From NCBI GenBank assembly GCA_027483355.1, contig JAIXUW010000292.1:138308-202307 (forward strand): 64,000 nucleotides of DNA, given 5' to 3'. Of this stretch, positions 1-10,964 are shown in pieces; the stretch's first letter is position 1; each line of letters starts with the position of its first letter. The translations under genes were made by a program, and so were the position numbers. The notes below the pieces were generated by a model, which did no database searches, was not told the origin of the DNA, and saw nothing but the letters and a program-made list of their open reading frames with translations. Source of the stretch: Alphaproteobacteria bacterium (GTDB taxonomy: Bacteria; Pseudomonadota; Alphaproteobacteria; Micavibrionales; UBA2020).

Positions 1-1562
1 ACCATTTTTGCAAGTTTGGCATCGGCGATTGTGAACGTAAGTAGCGCATTGAATTCTTTGCTTTCCACAGCGGGTACGATGATCTGGTTTCTATAATCCA
101 TGAGCCATTTTGGGTATTCCTTAGAACGAAACGCAGCTGCATTGCTTTCCGTCCACTCAAGCGGGACGATTCCGACTCCGGCCTTGGTGCATTCCAGAGT
201 CGCTCTGCTGACCAAGGCAGCGTTGTCGCGCATGATCAAGAATTTGCGAACGTAAAACTGGTCCACGGCTACTTTTAGAGCATGAGTAAAGTCGTTGGCA
301 AATGCGTTCATGTCTTGAACTGCGGCCGCGGACGTTTTCAACGGAATTCCGTACTCTTGAGCGTCTGACATGAGATAGCTCGTGATGCGGTAGTACATGT
401 CTTTACTTGTGCTAATATCGCCAAGTTCTTCAGGTGAAATGAACACAGAGGGCTCGTAGGGCATGGCCGATTGTGACAATTCGGGCATTAGAGCACGTGT
501 CGTGGCTTTCATTCGAGACGCTGACACAATTCCCATTTCGTCAAACGCAGATCCGAGCATTTGAGAGTAACTAGAAACGTTGTCGGCCCAGGCGTCTGAC
601 GACGCGTCAACGCGGTTTTCACAGTGTTCGGAAGTGACAATTGATGTGACAGCAGCCAAATTAGGCGTTACTTCACGCACCATGCTGTTAAACGCTTGAG
701 AATCCATATAGTGCTCCCACCATTCTTTAAACACGGCGGGATGCTCGATGAGCCTGATTTGAAGTTCGACGTCGAGCGCCACAGATCGCATCTGCTCGAC
801 AAGATCCACGGCCTTATACGGTTGGCCTGAATTAGCCGGGATCATTTGCCAAATGCGCATTTCCCCGTCTTTGGGCTCGAGACTCCAGAACTCTGAGAGC
901 GTGTTGTCCGTTTCGCAAATGTTGAAAAACGTTAACAAACTATCAAATGCCGTGATTTGCAGATTTCTCGTCGCTGCCAAAAACCGAATTTGCGTGTTGT
1001 GATCAGGTGCGTCTTGTGCGCTTACTCGGCCTATCATAGTATCGATCGCGGCGTAGTCGAGTATGTAAGAATGACAAAGTCGTGCCTCAAACTCGTCCAA
1101 ATCCGTTTTCGTAGCTCCGCTCAGATAATTGACTTGACCAAGTGTTCTAATCCATTTTCGCATGTTGTCGTCCAATGGCGTCTTTGAAACGTCTCGATCG
1201 TATCGATTGAACACTGTAGAACTCAACTTGTCTCGATGAAACATTTCAAACTCAGCACGGCGAGGCGCCATGGCGATTTCGGGCACACAGCACTTTTTGT
1301 ACACGGTCACGACGGCGAACATGAGTTCAAAGTAGTTTTTCAAATGACCCATGGCTTTTTCGCTCCATGGCACGTCGCGATGAAAGGCGTCTTCGATCAA
1401 AAGCGCCAGAGCGGCGTGCAGCTTCTCGTAACTCGTAACCGTCCATAATATACCACTCCATGCGTCTTCCGTGAGCGGATATTGTGCAATCTGCTCGTAC
1501 GCTTTGCGTCCAACGGCAGCCGAAACCGTGAACGGGATAACCCGTTTCGCGGCAGCTGCCAT
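1..1562 (-). CDS. hypothetical protein, C-terminal part lies beyond the left window edge (520 codons seen)
   Basis: Absent from the ORF track because it runs off the edge. My manual reverse-complement translation from ATG (CAT at 1560-1562, context cgaaaaagATG) is stop-free to nt 1 (MAAAAKRVIPFTVSAAVGRKAYEQ...FTIADAKLAKM). No domain recognised. Confidence 0.8.
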   Translation of the reverse strand, partial: MAAAAKRVIPFTVSAAVGRKAYEQIAQYPLTEDAWSGILWTVTSYEKLHAALALLIEDAFHRDVPWSEKAMGHLKNYFELMFAVVTVYKKCCVPEIAMAPRRAEFEMFHRDKLSSTVFNRYDRDVSKTPLDDNMRKWIRTLGQVNYLSGATKTDLDEFEARLCHSYILDYAAIDTMIGRVSAQDAPDHNTQIRFLAATRNLQITAFDSLLTFFNICETDNTLSEFWSLEPKDGEMRIWQMIPANSGQPYKAVDLVEQMRSVALDVELQIRLIEHPAVFKEWWEHYMDSQAFNSMVREVTPNLAAVTSIVTSEHCENRVDASSDAWADNVSSYSQMLGSAFDEMGIVSASRMKATTRALMPELSQSAMPYEPSVFISPEELGDISTSKDMYYRITSYLMSDAQEYGIPLKTSAAAVQDMNAFANDFTHALKVAVDQFYVRKFLIMRDNAALVSRATLECTKAGVGIVPLEWTESNAAAFRSKEYPKWLMDYRNQIIVPAVESKEFNALLTFTIADAKLAKM

Positions 1563-1669
1563 CTTTTTCGATCCGAAATTAATGAATTCACGTTTTCTAG
1601 AAACAGTCGAGAAAAAGGACTCGTAGTTTTATTTTCGAATCCTCTTTGACAGCGTTTTTTTTAAGAGTC

Positions 1670-2956
1670 ATGGAGCCAGGCTATCTCCTCGACACAAGTC
1701 TGTTAGAGAACGCAACCCCGTTCGATCAATTGTTGAGCCAGTTTCAGGATTTGGAAATACAATACGCGTTCAAGTCGAGCGAAAATGCCGCAATCGACAA
1801 GCTATTCGACGTGCCTGCCGACATTGAAGCCGAAATGGATCAAAGGAAACGAGTTTCTAAACTGGTCTATTTGGAAAACATTACAGACTTTCAGTTCGAG
1901 GATTTTCTCGAATATCTTTACAAGAAGAAAAACGGCGATCGCAGATTGGTCTCGCTTTCCATGTGGATAAACGCAAGAGGCGCTGTACTTTCACCCGCCG
2001 TGCACAGCTTGGACAAACGGTCTATTGACGCGATTTGTGACCGCGTTGTTAAAACGTACGGCGAGTCTTTCACGGAGCCTCATTTGGAAAGATCCGATCT
2101 GGAGTGGATTGTCAAGCTGGCGCTCCTCGTAGATCTCGGACAAAATGCCACCACACAGTTCAGATCTTCTGGTCTAAGTGAACAAGATAAGAATCCGCAT
2201 ATTCTAGAGACGTTGGAACAAGCGTGTAACTTTTTCACGTACCACATCAAAGGGGCTGCAAAGGCGTTGCACAGAGTTGTGTCAACGTCTGCCGACTACG
2301 CAGAGCCCACCGTCGTGGATATTCATTGCGGCACTCCGTTATTCGCGCTCATAACCGCGTATTTGTTTGACGCGGACGCGAGACTGCTCTGCAGTTCCGT
2401 CAGGAATGAAAGCCGCAACGCTTCAGTTGTCTATTGCATGCTAATATTGACCTTTTTGGATTGCGTAGAACAACTACTGCCACGCATTCCATTGACGCAA
2501 GTCAAAGATTATTCCTTTGTTGAAATGCTAGCAGCGGAACTCGCTACAAATGGCAAACAGCCCTGCAAAGGTGCCACGATGCCCAGTATGATTAATGTTC
2601 TGAAACGAGCGCCGTATTTGATAAGCAGCAAAAAGATTCCGATTATTCCAAACGCGCCGCTTTTCCATCTGCCCACGACGGCCGCTGCGCTGGCGCTTAG
2701 AAATCTTAGTGTCAGAGAGTCGCTCGCACAAAAGGTGCTCATGTGCCCTTTTCCCGATTCGGCGTGCAAGAAATATGTAACTCCAACGTCGGTGGAGAAA
2801 ATTGAGGGCGTTGAAATCATTCGCAGAAAGGGCAACCAAAATATGGAAGAAGTGTTTGTCTGGCACCCAACTGTGAAAAAGTGGGTCACTGGCATTATGA
2901 CCTGTTCAAAAGATTTGTATATCAATGTCGTGTTTGGAGTTTTCCCGAAACAATAG
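1670..2956 (+). CDS. LRR-like paralog family member A (428 aa)
   Basis: Track ORF 1646..2956 begins at TTG; the first ATG is at 1670 (MEPGYLLD). Two colinear motifs are shared with 16071..17330: ENITDFQFEDFLEYL vs ENFTTLRFEYFLEFL, and YVTPTSVEKIEGVEIIRRK vs YVSPGAVPGKISVVEIFRRK. Confidence 0.8.
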   Translation: MEPGYLLDTSLLENATPFDQLLSQFQDLEIQYAFKSSENAAIDKLFDVPADIEAEMDQRKRVSKLVYLENITDFQFEDFLEYLYKKKNGDRRLVSLSMWINARGAVLSPAVHSLDKRSIDAICDRVVKTYGESFTEPHLERSDLEWIVKLALLVDLGQNATTQFRSSGLSEQDKNPHILETLEQACNFFTYHIKGAAKALHRVVSTSADYAEPTVVDIHCGTPLFALITAYLFDADARLLCSSVRNESRNASVVYCMLILTFLDCVEQLLPRIPLTQVKDYSFVEMLAAELATNGKQPCKGATMPSMINVLKRAPYLISSKKIPIIPNAPLFHLPTTAAALALRNLSVRESLAQKVLMCPFPDSACKKYVTPTSVEKIEGVEIIRRKGNQNMEEVFVWHPTVKKWVTGIMTCSKDLYINVVFGVFPKQ

Positions 2957-2985
2957 ACACGTGTATTTTTTCCTAACACAAAAAG

Positions 2986-2991
2986 TGTACA
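2986..2991. terminator. palindromic TGTACA between convergent stop codons (candidate bidirectional 3'-end signal)
   Basis: Lies between the stop at 2954-2956 (+) and the stop at 2996-2998 (-). One of six exact cases in the window. Confidence 0.4.
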
Positions 2992-2995
2992 TAAA

Positions 2996-3571
2996 TCAGA
3001 GTTCTTGAACCCTGACCGTCATTCTTGTGTACAATTGTTCCCATTTCACCATGGCATGTTCTTTGAGAACGTTCAAAAACTTTCTATAGTACGTGATCTG
3101 CGAATTGCAGCAGCAGTGCTCGCCCATGAGCGGAAGCTTTAACACGCTTGTGTTTGGATTCGTGTCGTGGATCCATTCGTCGATCGCGCACAAAACATCG
3201 GCGCAACAATAGACCGAGTTTCGAACGCAATTGCGAGCTCGTGCGCAACAAGCTTCGGTAGCTGCAAAGTGAGCCAGCTCGATGAGGTCGTTGTCGTCCG
3301 CGAACATAACAAAGAGTAGATCAGATCGGCTCTTTTCCCACCATTGTATATCGGCGCTTGTGTGACGTTCCTTTACACGATTCGCAAAGCCCGCGCGGTG
3401 CTTTTTAAACACCTCGGGTGTGAGCTCTTGATGGCCCTCCTTGATGCATTTCTCCTTTCGTGCAAGATCTTTTGGTTGAGAAATAGGCACGACGGGCGGT
3501 GTGAGATACGTCGGGTCGGACTTGGCGAAGAGAAAGTCGTTTATAACGCGTAGGCCCATCAAATGTATCAT
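2996..3571 (-). CDS. hypothetical Cys-rich protein (191 aa)
   Basis: ATG-initiated ORF. Its ATG overlaps the TGA of the upstream gene (ATGA at 3568-3571). Cys clusters present: ACCARARNC, YCCADVLC, HCCCN. Confidence 0.7.
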   Translation of the reverse strand: MIHLMGLRVINDFLFAKSDPTYLTPPVVPISQPKDLARKEKCIKEGHQELTPEVFKKHRAGFANRVKERHTSADIQWWEKSRSDLLFVMFADDNDLIELAHFAATEACCARARNCVRNSVYCCADVLCAIDEWIHDTNPNTSVLKLPLMGEHCCCNSQITYYRKFLNVLKEHAMVKWEQLYTRMTVRVQEL

Positions 3572-6027
3572 GTCAATTTTCCTAAAAACACAACTTTGCT
3601 AATACTATCCGGATGTGGAGCGGTATGATCGCCTGCCTTGTCGCACTCGAGTGTGTACCACTTTAGCGCTTGCTCGTAGCACCGCGTCGAGCCAAAAAAC
3701 TCCCCCGGAGTCCCAACCCAGTATTCTCCGCGCACGCCTATCAAAAAAGGCGTTTTGTCTTTTGTTTCTAAAGACGATTCACGAATTATTGATGTCTTGC
3801 AGTGAGTCGGGTGGTAGAAAAAGCTCGAAAACGACCTGGGAGGCACGGCGCCGCGAAGGATTTTAAGATACGCTCCGCTATCCAAATCCTCGAGTTTTCC
3901 GTACGATCTCATGCTGTAGTGCGCAAAATAGAGTCGCGGCTCGTAGATTTCTGGCCCTGTCTGTCCAACATCTGTTTTGTTTTGCAGTTTGCGCTCGAAA
4001 AAATCCATCATGGCGGATCTGAAATTTTCAGGATTGTGTCCTACACCAGACTGCTGCGCGTCCGCAGAATCCAAAACCGTGTTCCAAATTTGGTCTACGA
4101 CTTCCTTGCCGATTTCATCGACGCTTAATATCTTTTCGGAGCCTCCTGACTTTGCAGATCCAACTGACGCAAAACTGCCAATTTTTCTCACTGTAGAACT
4201 GTCCGACTGTTGCTTGGCAAGCCGTTGCATGAATTCGACTTGTTGATGCAAACAAGGCAGGATTTTGTGGTAAATAGAGTATTTGAGCACTGTGGGCACG
4301 AGAGGATCGACAGAGTCTATAGAATCGTCCGTGAGTTGCTCAGTCACTCCCGTTTCTTTCAACAAGCTCGCCGACGCGTACGCCAAGCAATGGAATATAC
4401 TGAAAGGGGAGAATATCAAGTTGATAATAGAGCGAAACTCGGACGGTCTAAAATAGTTGAGCAGATCGAGCGGTCGCCTCGACGCAATTTTACTCGCTGA
4501 CCGGTAGTGCAGCTCAAGGTCGCCTGGTGCGACCAAGTAACCGGGAGAAACGGCACCAATGGCTTCCTTGAGAACATCTCGATACGTAGAACGCGTTTTG
4601 ATCTCGCGCAATATCATGGCAAGCGTGGCTGTCCAATTTCGAGATTCTTTCTTCGTAAGAACACCCTTGGCACATGTCTGCAGTCCTTCCATCTTGTTTG
4701 CGGTTTTGTAATACGCAGTCGCGAGATCCGCGTCACAGATCACGCCCTTGGCAAGGCACGGCGATTTGAACGCCCAGCACAGAGTAGAGCCATTGAGCCA
4801 ATTCCAAAATGCCAATTCAAGCTTGATCATCGTATTATTCGCCATCATAAACGATTCAAACCGTTTGGACCATTTGGCCGTGTCGTACACAAACGCGTCC
4901 TGTTCCAGTCGGCTGCGCTTCTTTTTAGGCAAAAGCACGTATTTGCAAACTCTGTCGAATACAACGTAGTTAATGTAGACTTCGATGAGCGCGTTCCACT
5001 GCAAATCATCTTGCACTCCGCGTATGGCTGTGACAATCTTTGTCAGATCGGTCAAGGTCCAGTCGTCTGGTGACTTGTGAATTTCGTCCGCGTCCACGAG
5101 TCTATTCCATGGGAAGTCATGCGTCCTAAGTGCCATCGCCGAATGCCATGGATACGCGTCAGGAGCGGTGGTTTTGAGCGCTTCGAATTTGACCGAGTCC
5201 ACCGTGTGACTCGGAGGCACCAAACCTGTACCATGTGTCACAGCTAGCCATTTAAAACAGTGTTCGAACATTGAATCGGTTTCACATCCACGATCGCCGC
5301 TCTGGTCGCATAGCAAGTTGTAGCGGCTGCCGAATTCGGCAAACGTCATTCTTTTCAGTTGCAAAAAGAAATGATACCAAGGATGCGTGTCGTTCGAATG
5401 ACTGCAATACTTGTTCCACAGTTTGCTCGAAATGCAGACAAGCGTGAACACGCCCTTGATGAGCGGTGTTGACCAGCAGCCGTCCTTGGCAGCGCCGAAT
5501 ACGTCGTCTCGTCTGCATTCGCACCATTTTGTGATGACATGGCTTGCAAAGGAATAAACGGGTCCATCGGCGAGAGCGTCGAGCAAACGTAGAAGCGCCT
5601 TTGCGTGAACATTCCCGGCTTGATCGAGCTGTCGCAAACGCGGAGCGAATTTTTTGTACAAGACTCGCAAAGCTGTTTGAACGCATAGAAGATCGGCAAT
5701 ATGCTTTTCGTAACCTGCCACGCTTTGGAGCGTAGAAAGCTGACCCGGAGGAATAGCGCACTGATGTGCCACAATATCTGTCAAAAACGCGGAAATGTCG
5801 TTGATAATGAGCACAGCTGCACATCGGAGAGTCTCGGCTCTACTGCCAGTCAATTTGGAAACCAGGTTTTGCCACATCTGCTTCCATCTGTCCATGGTTA
5901 ACAAGTAAGTCAACTTGTACTTGGCAAGTGTGACAGGAATCGTGTTAGACGTCTCGAGTTCCTGTGCGATATTACGCACGCGAACAGGAGGCTCCATATT
6001 TTTGGCAAAGTACGAGAAAAGAGACAT
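3568..6027 (-). CDS. hypothetical protein (819 aa)
   Basis: Long ATG-initiated ORF (MSLFSYFAKNMEPP...). Antisense ORFs inside it are short and compositionally poor. No domain recognised. Confidence 0.85.
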   Translation of the reverse strand: MSLFSYFAKNMEPPVRVRNIAQELETSNTIPVTLAKYKLTYLLTMDRWKQMWQNLVSKLTGSRAETLRCAAVLIINDISAFLTDIVAHQCAIPPGQLSTLQSVAGYEKHIADLLCVQTALRVLYKKFAPRLRQLDQAGNVHAKALLRLLDALADGPVYSFASHVITKWCECRRDDVFGAAKDGCWSTPLIKGVFTLVCISSKLWNKYCSHSNDTHPWYHFFLQLKRMTFAEFGSRYNLLCDQSGDRGCETDSMFEHCFKWLAVTHGTGLVPPSHTVDSVKFEALKTTAPDAYPWHSAMALRTHDFPWNRLVDADEIHKSPDDWTLTDLTKIVTAIRGVQDDLQWNALIEVYINYVVFDRVCKYVLLPKKKRSRLEQDAFVYDTAKWSKRFESFMMANNTMIKLELAFWNWLNGSTLCWAFKSPCLAKGVICDADLATAYYKTANKMEGLQTCAKGVLTKKESRNWTATLAMILREIKTRSTYRDVLKEAIGAVSPGYLVAPGDLELHYRSASKIASRRPLDLLNYFRPSEFRSIINLIFSPFSIFHCLAYASASLLKETGVTEQLTDDSIDSVDPLVPTVLKYSIYHKILPCLHQQVEFMQRLAKQQSDSSTVRKIGSFASVGSAKSGGSEKILSVDEIGKEVVDQIWNTVLDSADAQQSGVGHNPENFRSAMMDFFERKLQNKTDVGQTGPEIYEPRLYFAHYSMRSYGKLEDLDSGAYLKILRGAVPPRSFSSFFYHPTHCKTSIIRESSLETKDKTPFLIGVRGEYWVGTPGEFFGSTRCYEQALKWYTLECDKAGDHTAPHPDSISKVVFLGKLT

Positions 6028-6068
6028 TGTGCGTGTATGTGAGAGAGAAAAGGAGAACCGTTTTTATA

Positions 6069-8114
6069 TTACATGCGACCGCTGAACGCGAATTCCGTAT
6101 TCAGATTGTCAATAAACTGTTGCATTTCACTAGCGCTCGCGGGAAACATTTTGAGAACACCCGACATTGCTCGTTCAGCGTCTGCTCTTTCCGAAAGTCT
6201 CACACAATGAGTTCCACACGCAGTGGCCTTGGTACTCAACGTGCCGACGACTTCCACGAGCTCGGGACGCGCGAGCACTTTGTTAATACACTCGAATCCT
6301 TGTGACAAGAACTCCTCGTCTGAAGTCGCGTTGATGTTCTTCATGCTACGATAGAAACTATCGCACGATCTCCCGGCAATGTTGATCATGAAATTAGCAG
6401 CCTTTGACACTCCGCTAGGCGATGGCATTTGAAGAGCTCGAGATGCCAAATACGATAGTCGAGTTTCAACGTCTCTCGAGATCAAATTGCGTTTGTAGAC
6501 AAGGTCCTGGCGGGCGCGACGCTTGATAATTCCAGGTTGGCATTGTTCCTCCATGTTCTCGAACCATTTGAACCCGATAAAAATCTTCCCGGGTCGCACA
6601 GAATGCCGTTTTCGTGCCATTTCCATGATGCCGATAAACGCGTCGCCCATATCTGACCCGTAATACTTGCTCATGACGTCGGCGTCTGGAAGCCTTTTGT
6701 ATCTCCAAATGGGATTGGCTCGTCGATGTATGCGCTTGTCGCCCTTTATGCCCAGCCTTTCATGCATGACGCCGTCGAGACTGGAAAATTCGCCGCCTGG
6801 GTCGACTCGACTTGACACAAATCCGCCGACAGTGGCCTGAGCACGACTGGAATTGACCATTTCTATCTTGGGGTCGATGAATATCTCGCAATTCTCGCCA
6901 ATGTTATCCTTGTCGCCCTTGCTGCATACTACGAAGAATCGGTTCAAGATTCCAACATGCTCGTTGCAAATGCATCTGTAATCCGCGTTTTGTTGCATTT
7001 TCAAGTTTTCCCAGTCTCGGCTAGCGTCTGATCTATCACGAAGCAAATGACGCTTTTCGGCTGCGGCAGCGTCCTCGCTGTGAATCGATTTAGCCAATGC
7101 CTGCACGCTTTCTAGTTTTCCCAATTCAGGATGCCCAGCAAGTGTTTCTTGGAACTTGCGTCTGAAATAAGAAGGATAGAAGGTGCTTGTGAGAATTTCC
7201 TTGAACAAAATGTCCCAGCACATCTCTTTGCCCTTAATCGCGTTTTCCTTGGGCAGGAATTGATGAAACGTTTCGCAATCGAATTTTGCACCCACATTCG
7301 CGGAAAAGATGTCAATAGCGTCGGCTGGGCGCACGACAAACGTCGGTTTGTTCGACGTGGCCATTTGCCCGCCCGCATTGTACGATTGGACATCTAGTGC
7401 CGCGTCATCGAACGCATCTGATTTCATAAGCACTGCTACGGGATCGTAACCCGTTTCCTGGTGTGGCGTTGATCCACCACCGTTACTGTGTTCAATCATT
7501 GATTCAACCATAGATGCGGGCCCTCGACCGGCACTCCAGTGCTTTCTAGCACTCAGATACGCATCCACGGCACCTGGATCGAGCTGGAGAACTCTGTCGA
7601 TTTCAGTTGATGACCGACTAGAATGATTGACAAGGTTCACCGCGTAGCATCCGTAATATATCCACATGACATAGGATGCTGTGAGAAGCGCGGTCATGAC
7701 AAGAGCCCATCGAATCGCGGGTCTGAGCCAGCGCATGCCAGAACCGCGTCGCGTTTGAGATTTGTGGCGCAAGATCTCTTTCTTGGATCGCTTCAAGTCG
7801 ATCCGGGCTTTGACTTGAACATTTGGGACTCTGGCAGGCGGTTTGTCGCTCTCGACAACATTCTCGCTATCGGATTCACCGGAACCTGCGTTGCCGTTGT
7901 TGTCGTCGGTGTCGTCGTCCAATTCATCTATCGGACTCTTGGGCTCCGGCGCGCCCTCAGTGGCATCGTCGACGGCCTCATCCTCGTCCTCAGAATTCTC
8001 CATTGACTCGGCGCGCGGTGCGTTGTCAATAGCTTGCTGACGGAGTCTCACGTAATCTGCGTACTCTTCGTCAGACCACGAGGACTTTTTTTTGTGCGTG
8101 CCAACCTCAGCCAT
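6069..8114 (-). CDS. type II membrane protein with acidic N-terminal tail (681 aa)
   Basis: Track ORF starts at TTG (8171); the first ATG is at 8114 (MAEVGTHKKK). Acidic stretch SEDEDEAVDDATEG..DDDTDDNNG, then a single TM (WALVMTALLTASYVMWIYYGCYAV), then a large C-terminal domain. Confidence 0.8.
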   Translation of the reverse strand: MAEVGTHKKKSSWSDEEYADYVRLRQQAIDNAPRAESMENSEDEDEAVDDATEGAPEPKSPIDELDDDTDDNNGNAGSGESDSENVVESDKPPARVPNVQVKARIDLKRSKKEILRHKSQTRRGSGMRWLRPAIRWALVMTALLTASYVMWIYYGCYAVNLVNHSSRSSTEIDRVLQLDPGAVDAYLSARKHWSAGRGPASMVESMIEHSNGGGSTPHQETGYDPVAVLMKSDAFDDAALDVQSYNAGGQMATSNKPTFVVRPADAIDIFSANVGAKFDCETFHQFLPKENAIKGKEMCWDILFKEILTSTFYPSYFRRKFQETLAGHPELGKLESVQALAKSIHSEDAAAAEKRHLLRDRSDASRDWENLKMQQNADYRCICNEHVGILNRFFVVCSKGDKDNIGENCEIFIDPKIEMVNSSRAQATVGGFVSSRVDPGGEFSSLDGVMHERLGIKGDKRIHRRANPIWRYKRLPDADVMSKYYGSDMGDAFIGIMEMARKRHSVRPGKIFIGFKWFENMEEQCQPGIIKRRARQDLVYKRNLISRDVETRLSYLASRALQMPSPSGVSKAANFMINIAGRSCDSFYRSMKNINATSDEEFLSQGFECINKVLARPELVEVVGTLSTKATACGTHCVRLSERADAERAMSGVLKMFPASASEMQQFIDNLNTEFAFSGRM

Positions 8115-8250
8115 TTTCTGTGCGGGTTTTTTGGCGAGAGACACGCTTTTGAAGAAAAGCGCGTTATACAATCTCTAAATCTGTAATACTTAGACCGGGA
8201 ATTTACTTACACTTATTTTTCTTTTTAACGATCACTCAGTAAAAAAATGA

Positions 8251-10830
8251 CTAGGTTTGAGTGGGCGCCAGTGTATCCGCGGCAATCGATTTGCCGTGAA
8301 TTGACGCCACTTGAGCAGCTTCGGTTTTGATAACAGCCACAGGAAGAAACCTTTTGCCTGTAGCATCCACGATGGATCTAGACGCGCTCGCTACTACTTG
8401 AAATTTGGCGGTGGCGTCTGTCGTGACAAACGACCTGCACCAATTTGCAGGTGGTTGGAACTGATGCCCTGGAATGTACATGTTCACTTGAATCGGGTAC
8501 ACATTCCCGCATTTTGTGGCAAGTCTGAAATTCAGGACATGTTCGCGGAAAGTCGAACCCAAGTTTTGCGACACAAACAAAGCATGGCTCATTGTTCGAA
8601 TGATATTGTCTTCCGTATAAACGACATAGTCCGGGTCGATTCTCGAGTACGCGGCGATGATCCGACGCAGCTGGTCGATGTCTACAGCGTAGCCTGCGAA
8701 CTGCGGGTCCTTGTTCATGCATATTTGTAGTTTTCTCACGATCAAAGGCTTTTGTTGCACTTGTACGTAATTGGGCGTAGATATCTCGAGGCTAGGCGCC
8801 CATGTCATTTCTCGTTGTTTGCCACACGCGTCGCGAGCGGTCAATCTTACTGTAAAATTACTCGGCTTGGAATCCAATAAACATTGAACGTTTCCGTTGA
8901 TAGATCGAGTGTCCAGCTCACCTGAGACAGCCGCTTTGACAACGCTGCCGTTAGCGAGCTCGGATGCGGCCTGGATGAATCCAAAATCAATGTAAGACAC
9001 AATCGCGCGATTGACAGCTGCGACAATGTTATCATTAGTGAGAGGCGTGGTTCCAAAATCGACGCGAAGGACTGCAGGCATAGGCATTCTGAACACGGGC
9101 GCGTCCGCGGGCGTCAAATCCACAAGAACAGGAGACGCATCTTCGTATTCTTCTCTTTCGATAACGGCTCCGCATTCGCTGCGGGAACTCCAACCATAGA
9201 CAGGCTTGGCGATAAAAGCGCACAGTCCTCTCGACGTGTCCTGTCTTACGATACGATGTCTCATGGGCAAAATCTGAGTGTCTACCTTGGCCGATCTATC
9301 AACAGAAGTAAGATCGACGACGGACACTGCTAGCGTGTCGGACAATCGAATCACGTTTTTGGCGGAGAGTGAATTCAGATCAGTGTTCCGTTGAACTGGA
9401 ATCACGTCCGATTGAATGGCTTCTCTGTCTTCGCCTTCGATATGCGTGAAAGTAATATTTGTGTAGTCCTGCGAATTGGGAATCCCCGCCACTTTCAAGT
9501 GCATTGTCTTGGCCACAATATCCGGGCAATGAGCCATCGAATGTGCTTGCTTTGTTTCAGTCGCCACTAACGTCGCGTTGTAATTCGGGCATCGGATAGC
9601 CGAGTTCACGATCGAGTAGTCTAACCGCGGGTGACGCGTAGCAACCCACAGATAGTCCAAGTCTTGTGATGGTAGATTGATTTCGGTACCCCCTGGAAAA
9701 GCGGGGTTCAGATCACTGACCAGCGGAATGTTGGCACATTGGAATGAAGTCTGAGGACACTCGACGTGGTGAGCCAGCTTGACTGACAGAATCCAGTTGA
9801 CGATTTTGGAATACGAGTCGTGAGATATGTGGGCCTCTAGAGGGGCTATCAGAGCATGTGCCGTGAGTTGAGAATCCGTAAACGCATTGAGCAAGTTGAT
9901 CGTGGCGGCGTGTTTGATCACACAGTACTGGCCGTCTGTCGCCGTCTCCTTTACCGCAAAGAGATTGGATCCGATAGAGGTTTGAATGACAGTTTTTAGT
10001 TCGGATAGCCATGTTTCTTCGCGCTGCAGGGCGTCGGATGACAATTCACGGTCGTCGACCACAGTAGGACACGTGTACTGCGCAAAACGGGCCGTCAGAT
10101 TGCTCTGGATTTCCCTGTTTTTGTTGATTAACGCAGTTTGAATATCCAAAGCGTGTCTTTTATGGTTTTGAACCGCTGTCTCGGGACACAGTCGAGCCGT
10201 GAACTGACGACCGGCAATCACGTCCGTGCACAGCTTATATTGCAGCTCCTTTGATATAACACTTGAATTCAACGCCTCCATGGTATGTACAATCGTAATT
10301 TGCTTAGTGTGAGTAGTGCAGCCGAATGGCAGAGGGTCTCCGTTGAATTTCGTCAACTGTCTGTCCGGAATGCGGATTAGACCAGGTTTGTCCCATCTAG
10401 AACATTCGACCTGATTGCTAGTGCATTGGCAAAAGATATTGTACGCAATAATGGCCCGGCGCTCAGAGTCCGAAGCGATGACATTGTCGGAAATTCCGTG
10501 CAAGTTCACATAAGCCGCAAAGAGTTCTTTCTCAGGGTCAACATTGATTCTATTCAAAGCGTCAAATGCCCATTCCGCCGTAGCTCGAGTGCGGAGCATG
10601 GAAACATTCCATCCCTTGGGCTGCTTGCATTCAGTGACCTCCTCGCACAATTGTGTCTCGTAATTGTACAAGAACATTTGATTTGTGTACAAATCAAAAC
10701 AGGTTATGCACGAAGGATGCATGTTGGAGCCATATCGAAACGTGGGGGCGCATGTCAGCTTTCCGTGCACTTTTTGGCACCCCAGCGCACTCAAGATAAA
10801 CAGAGCGGCCACAAGGCGCCAAAATAACAT
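8251..10830 (-). CDS. secreted Cys-rich glycoprotein-like protein (859 aa)
   Basis: The internal ATG at 10830 gives a classical signal peptide, MLFWRLVAALFILSALGCQKVHG. An alternative ATG lies at 10941. Many N-x-S/T sites and many Cys. No C-terminal TM. Confidence 0.8.
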   Translation of the reverse strand: MLFWRLVAALFILSALGCQKVHGKLTCAPTFRYGSNMHPSCITCFDLYTNQMFLYNYETQLCEEVTECKQPKGWNVSMLRTRATAEWAFDALNRINVDPEKELFAAYVNLHGISDNVIASDSERRAIIAYNIFCQCTSNQVECSRWDKPGLIRIPDRQLTKFNGDPLPFGCTTHTKQITIVHTMEALNSSVISKELQYKLCTDVIAGRQFTARLCPETAVQNHKRHALDIQTALINKNREIQSNLTARFAQYTCPTVVDDRELSSDALQREETWLSELKTVIQTSIGSNLFAVKETATDGQYCVIKHAATINLLNAFTDSQLTAHALIAPLEAHISHDSYSKIVNWILSVKLAHHVECPQTSFQCANIPLVSDLNPAFPGGTEINLPSQDLDYLWVATRHPRLDYSIVNSAIRCPNYNATLVATETKQAHSMAHCPDIVAKTMHLKVAGIPNSQDYTNITFTHIEGEDREAIQSDVIPVQRNTDLNSLSAKNVIRLSDTLAVSVVDLTSVDRSAKVDTQILPMRHRIVRQDTSRGLCAFIAKPVYGWSSRSECGAVIEREEYEDASPVLVDLTPADAPVFRMPMPAVLRVDFGTTPLTNDNIVAAVNRAIVSYIDFGFIQAASELANGSVVKAAVSGELDTRSINGNVQCLLDSKPSNFTVRLTARDACGKQREMTWAPSLEISTPNYVQVQQKPLIVRKLQICMNKDPQFAGYAVDIDQLRRIIAAYSRIDPDYVVYTEDNIIRTMSHALFVSQNLGSTFREHVLNFRLATKCGNVYPIQVNMYIPGHQFQPPANWCRSFVTTDATAKFQVVASASRSIVDATGKRFLPVAVIKTEAAQVASIHGKSIAADTLAPTQT

Positions 10831-10964
10831 CTTTGTCAGCTTGAGTTGTTTCTCTATCAACAAAGCCCCTTGAAACTGCCCAAGGTAAAAGTGGCACAGG
10901 GCAAATTTAATTGACAAGTGGTGGAGATTGCCAAAAAACATTCACATTCAATATTGAACAAAAT

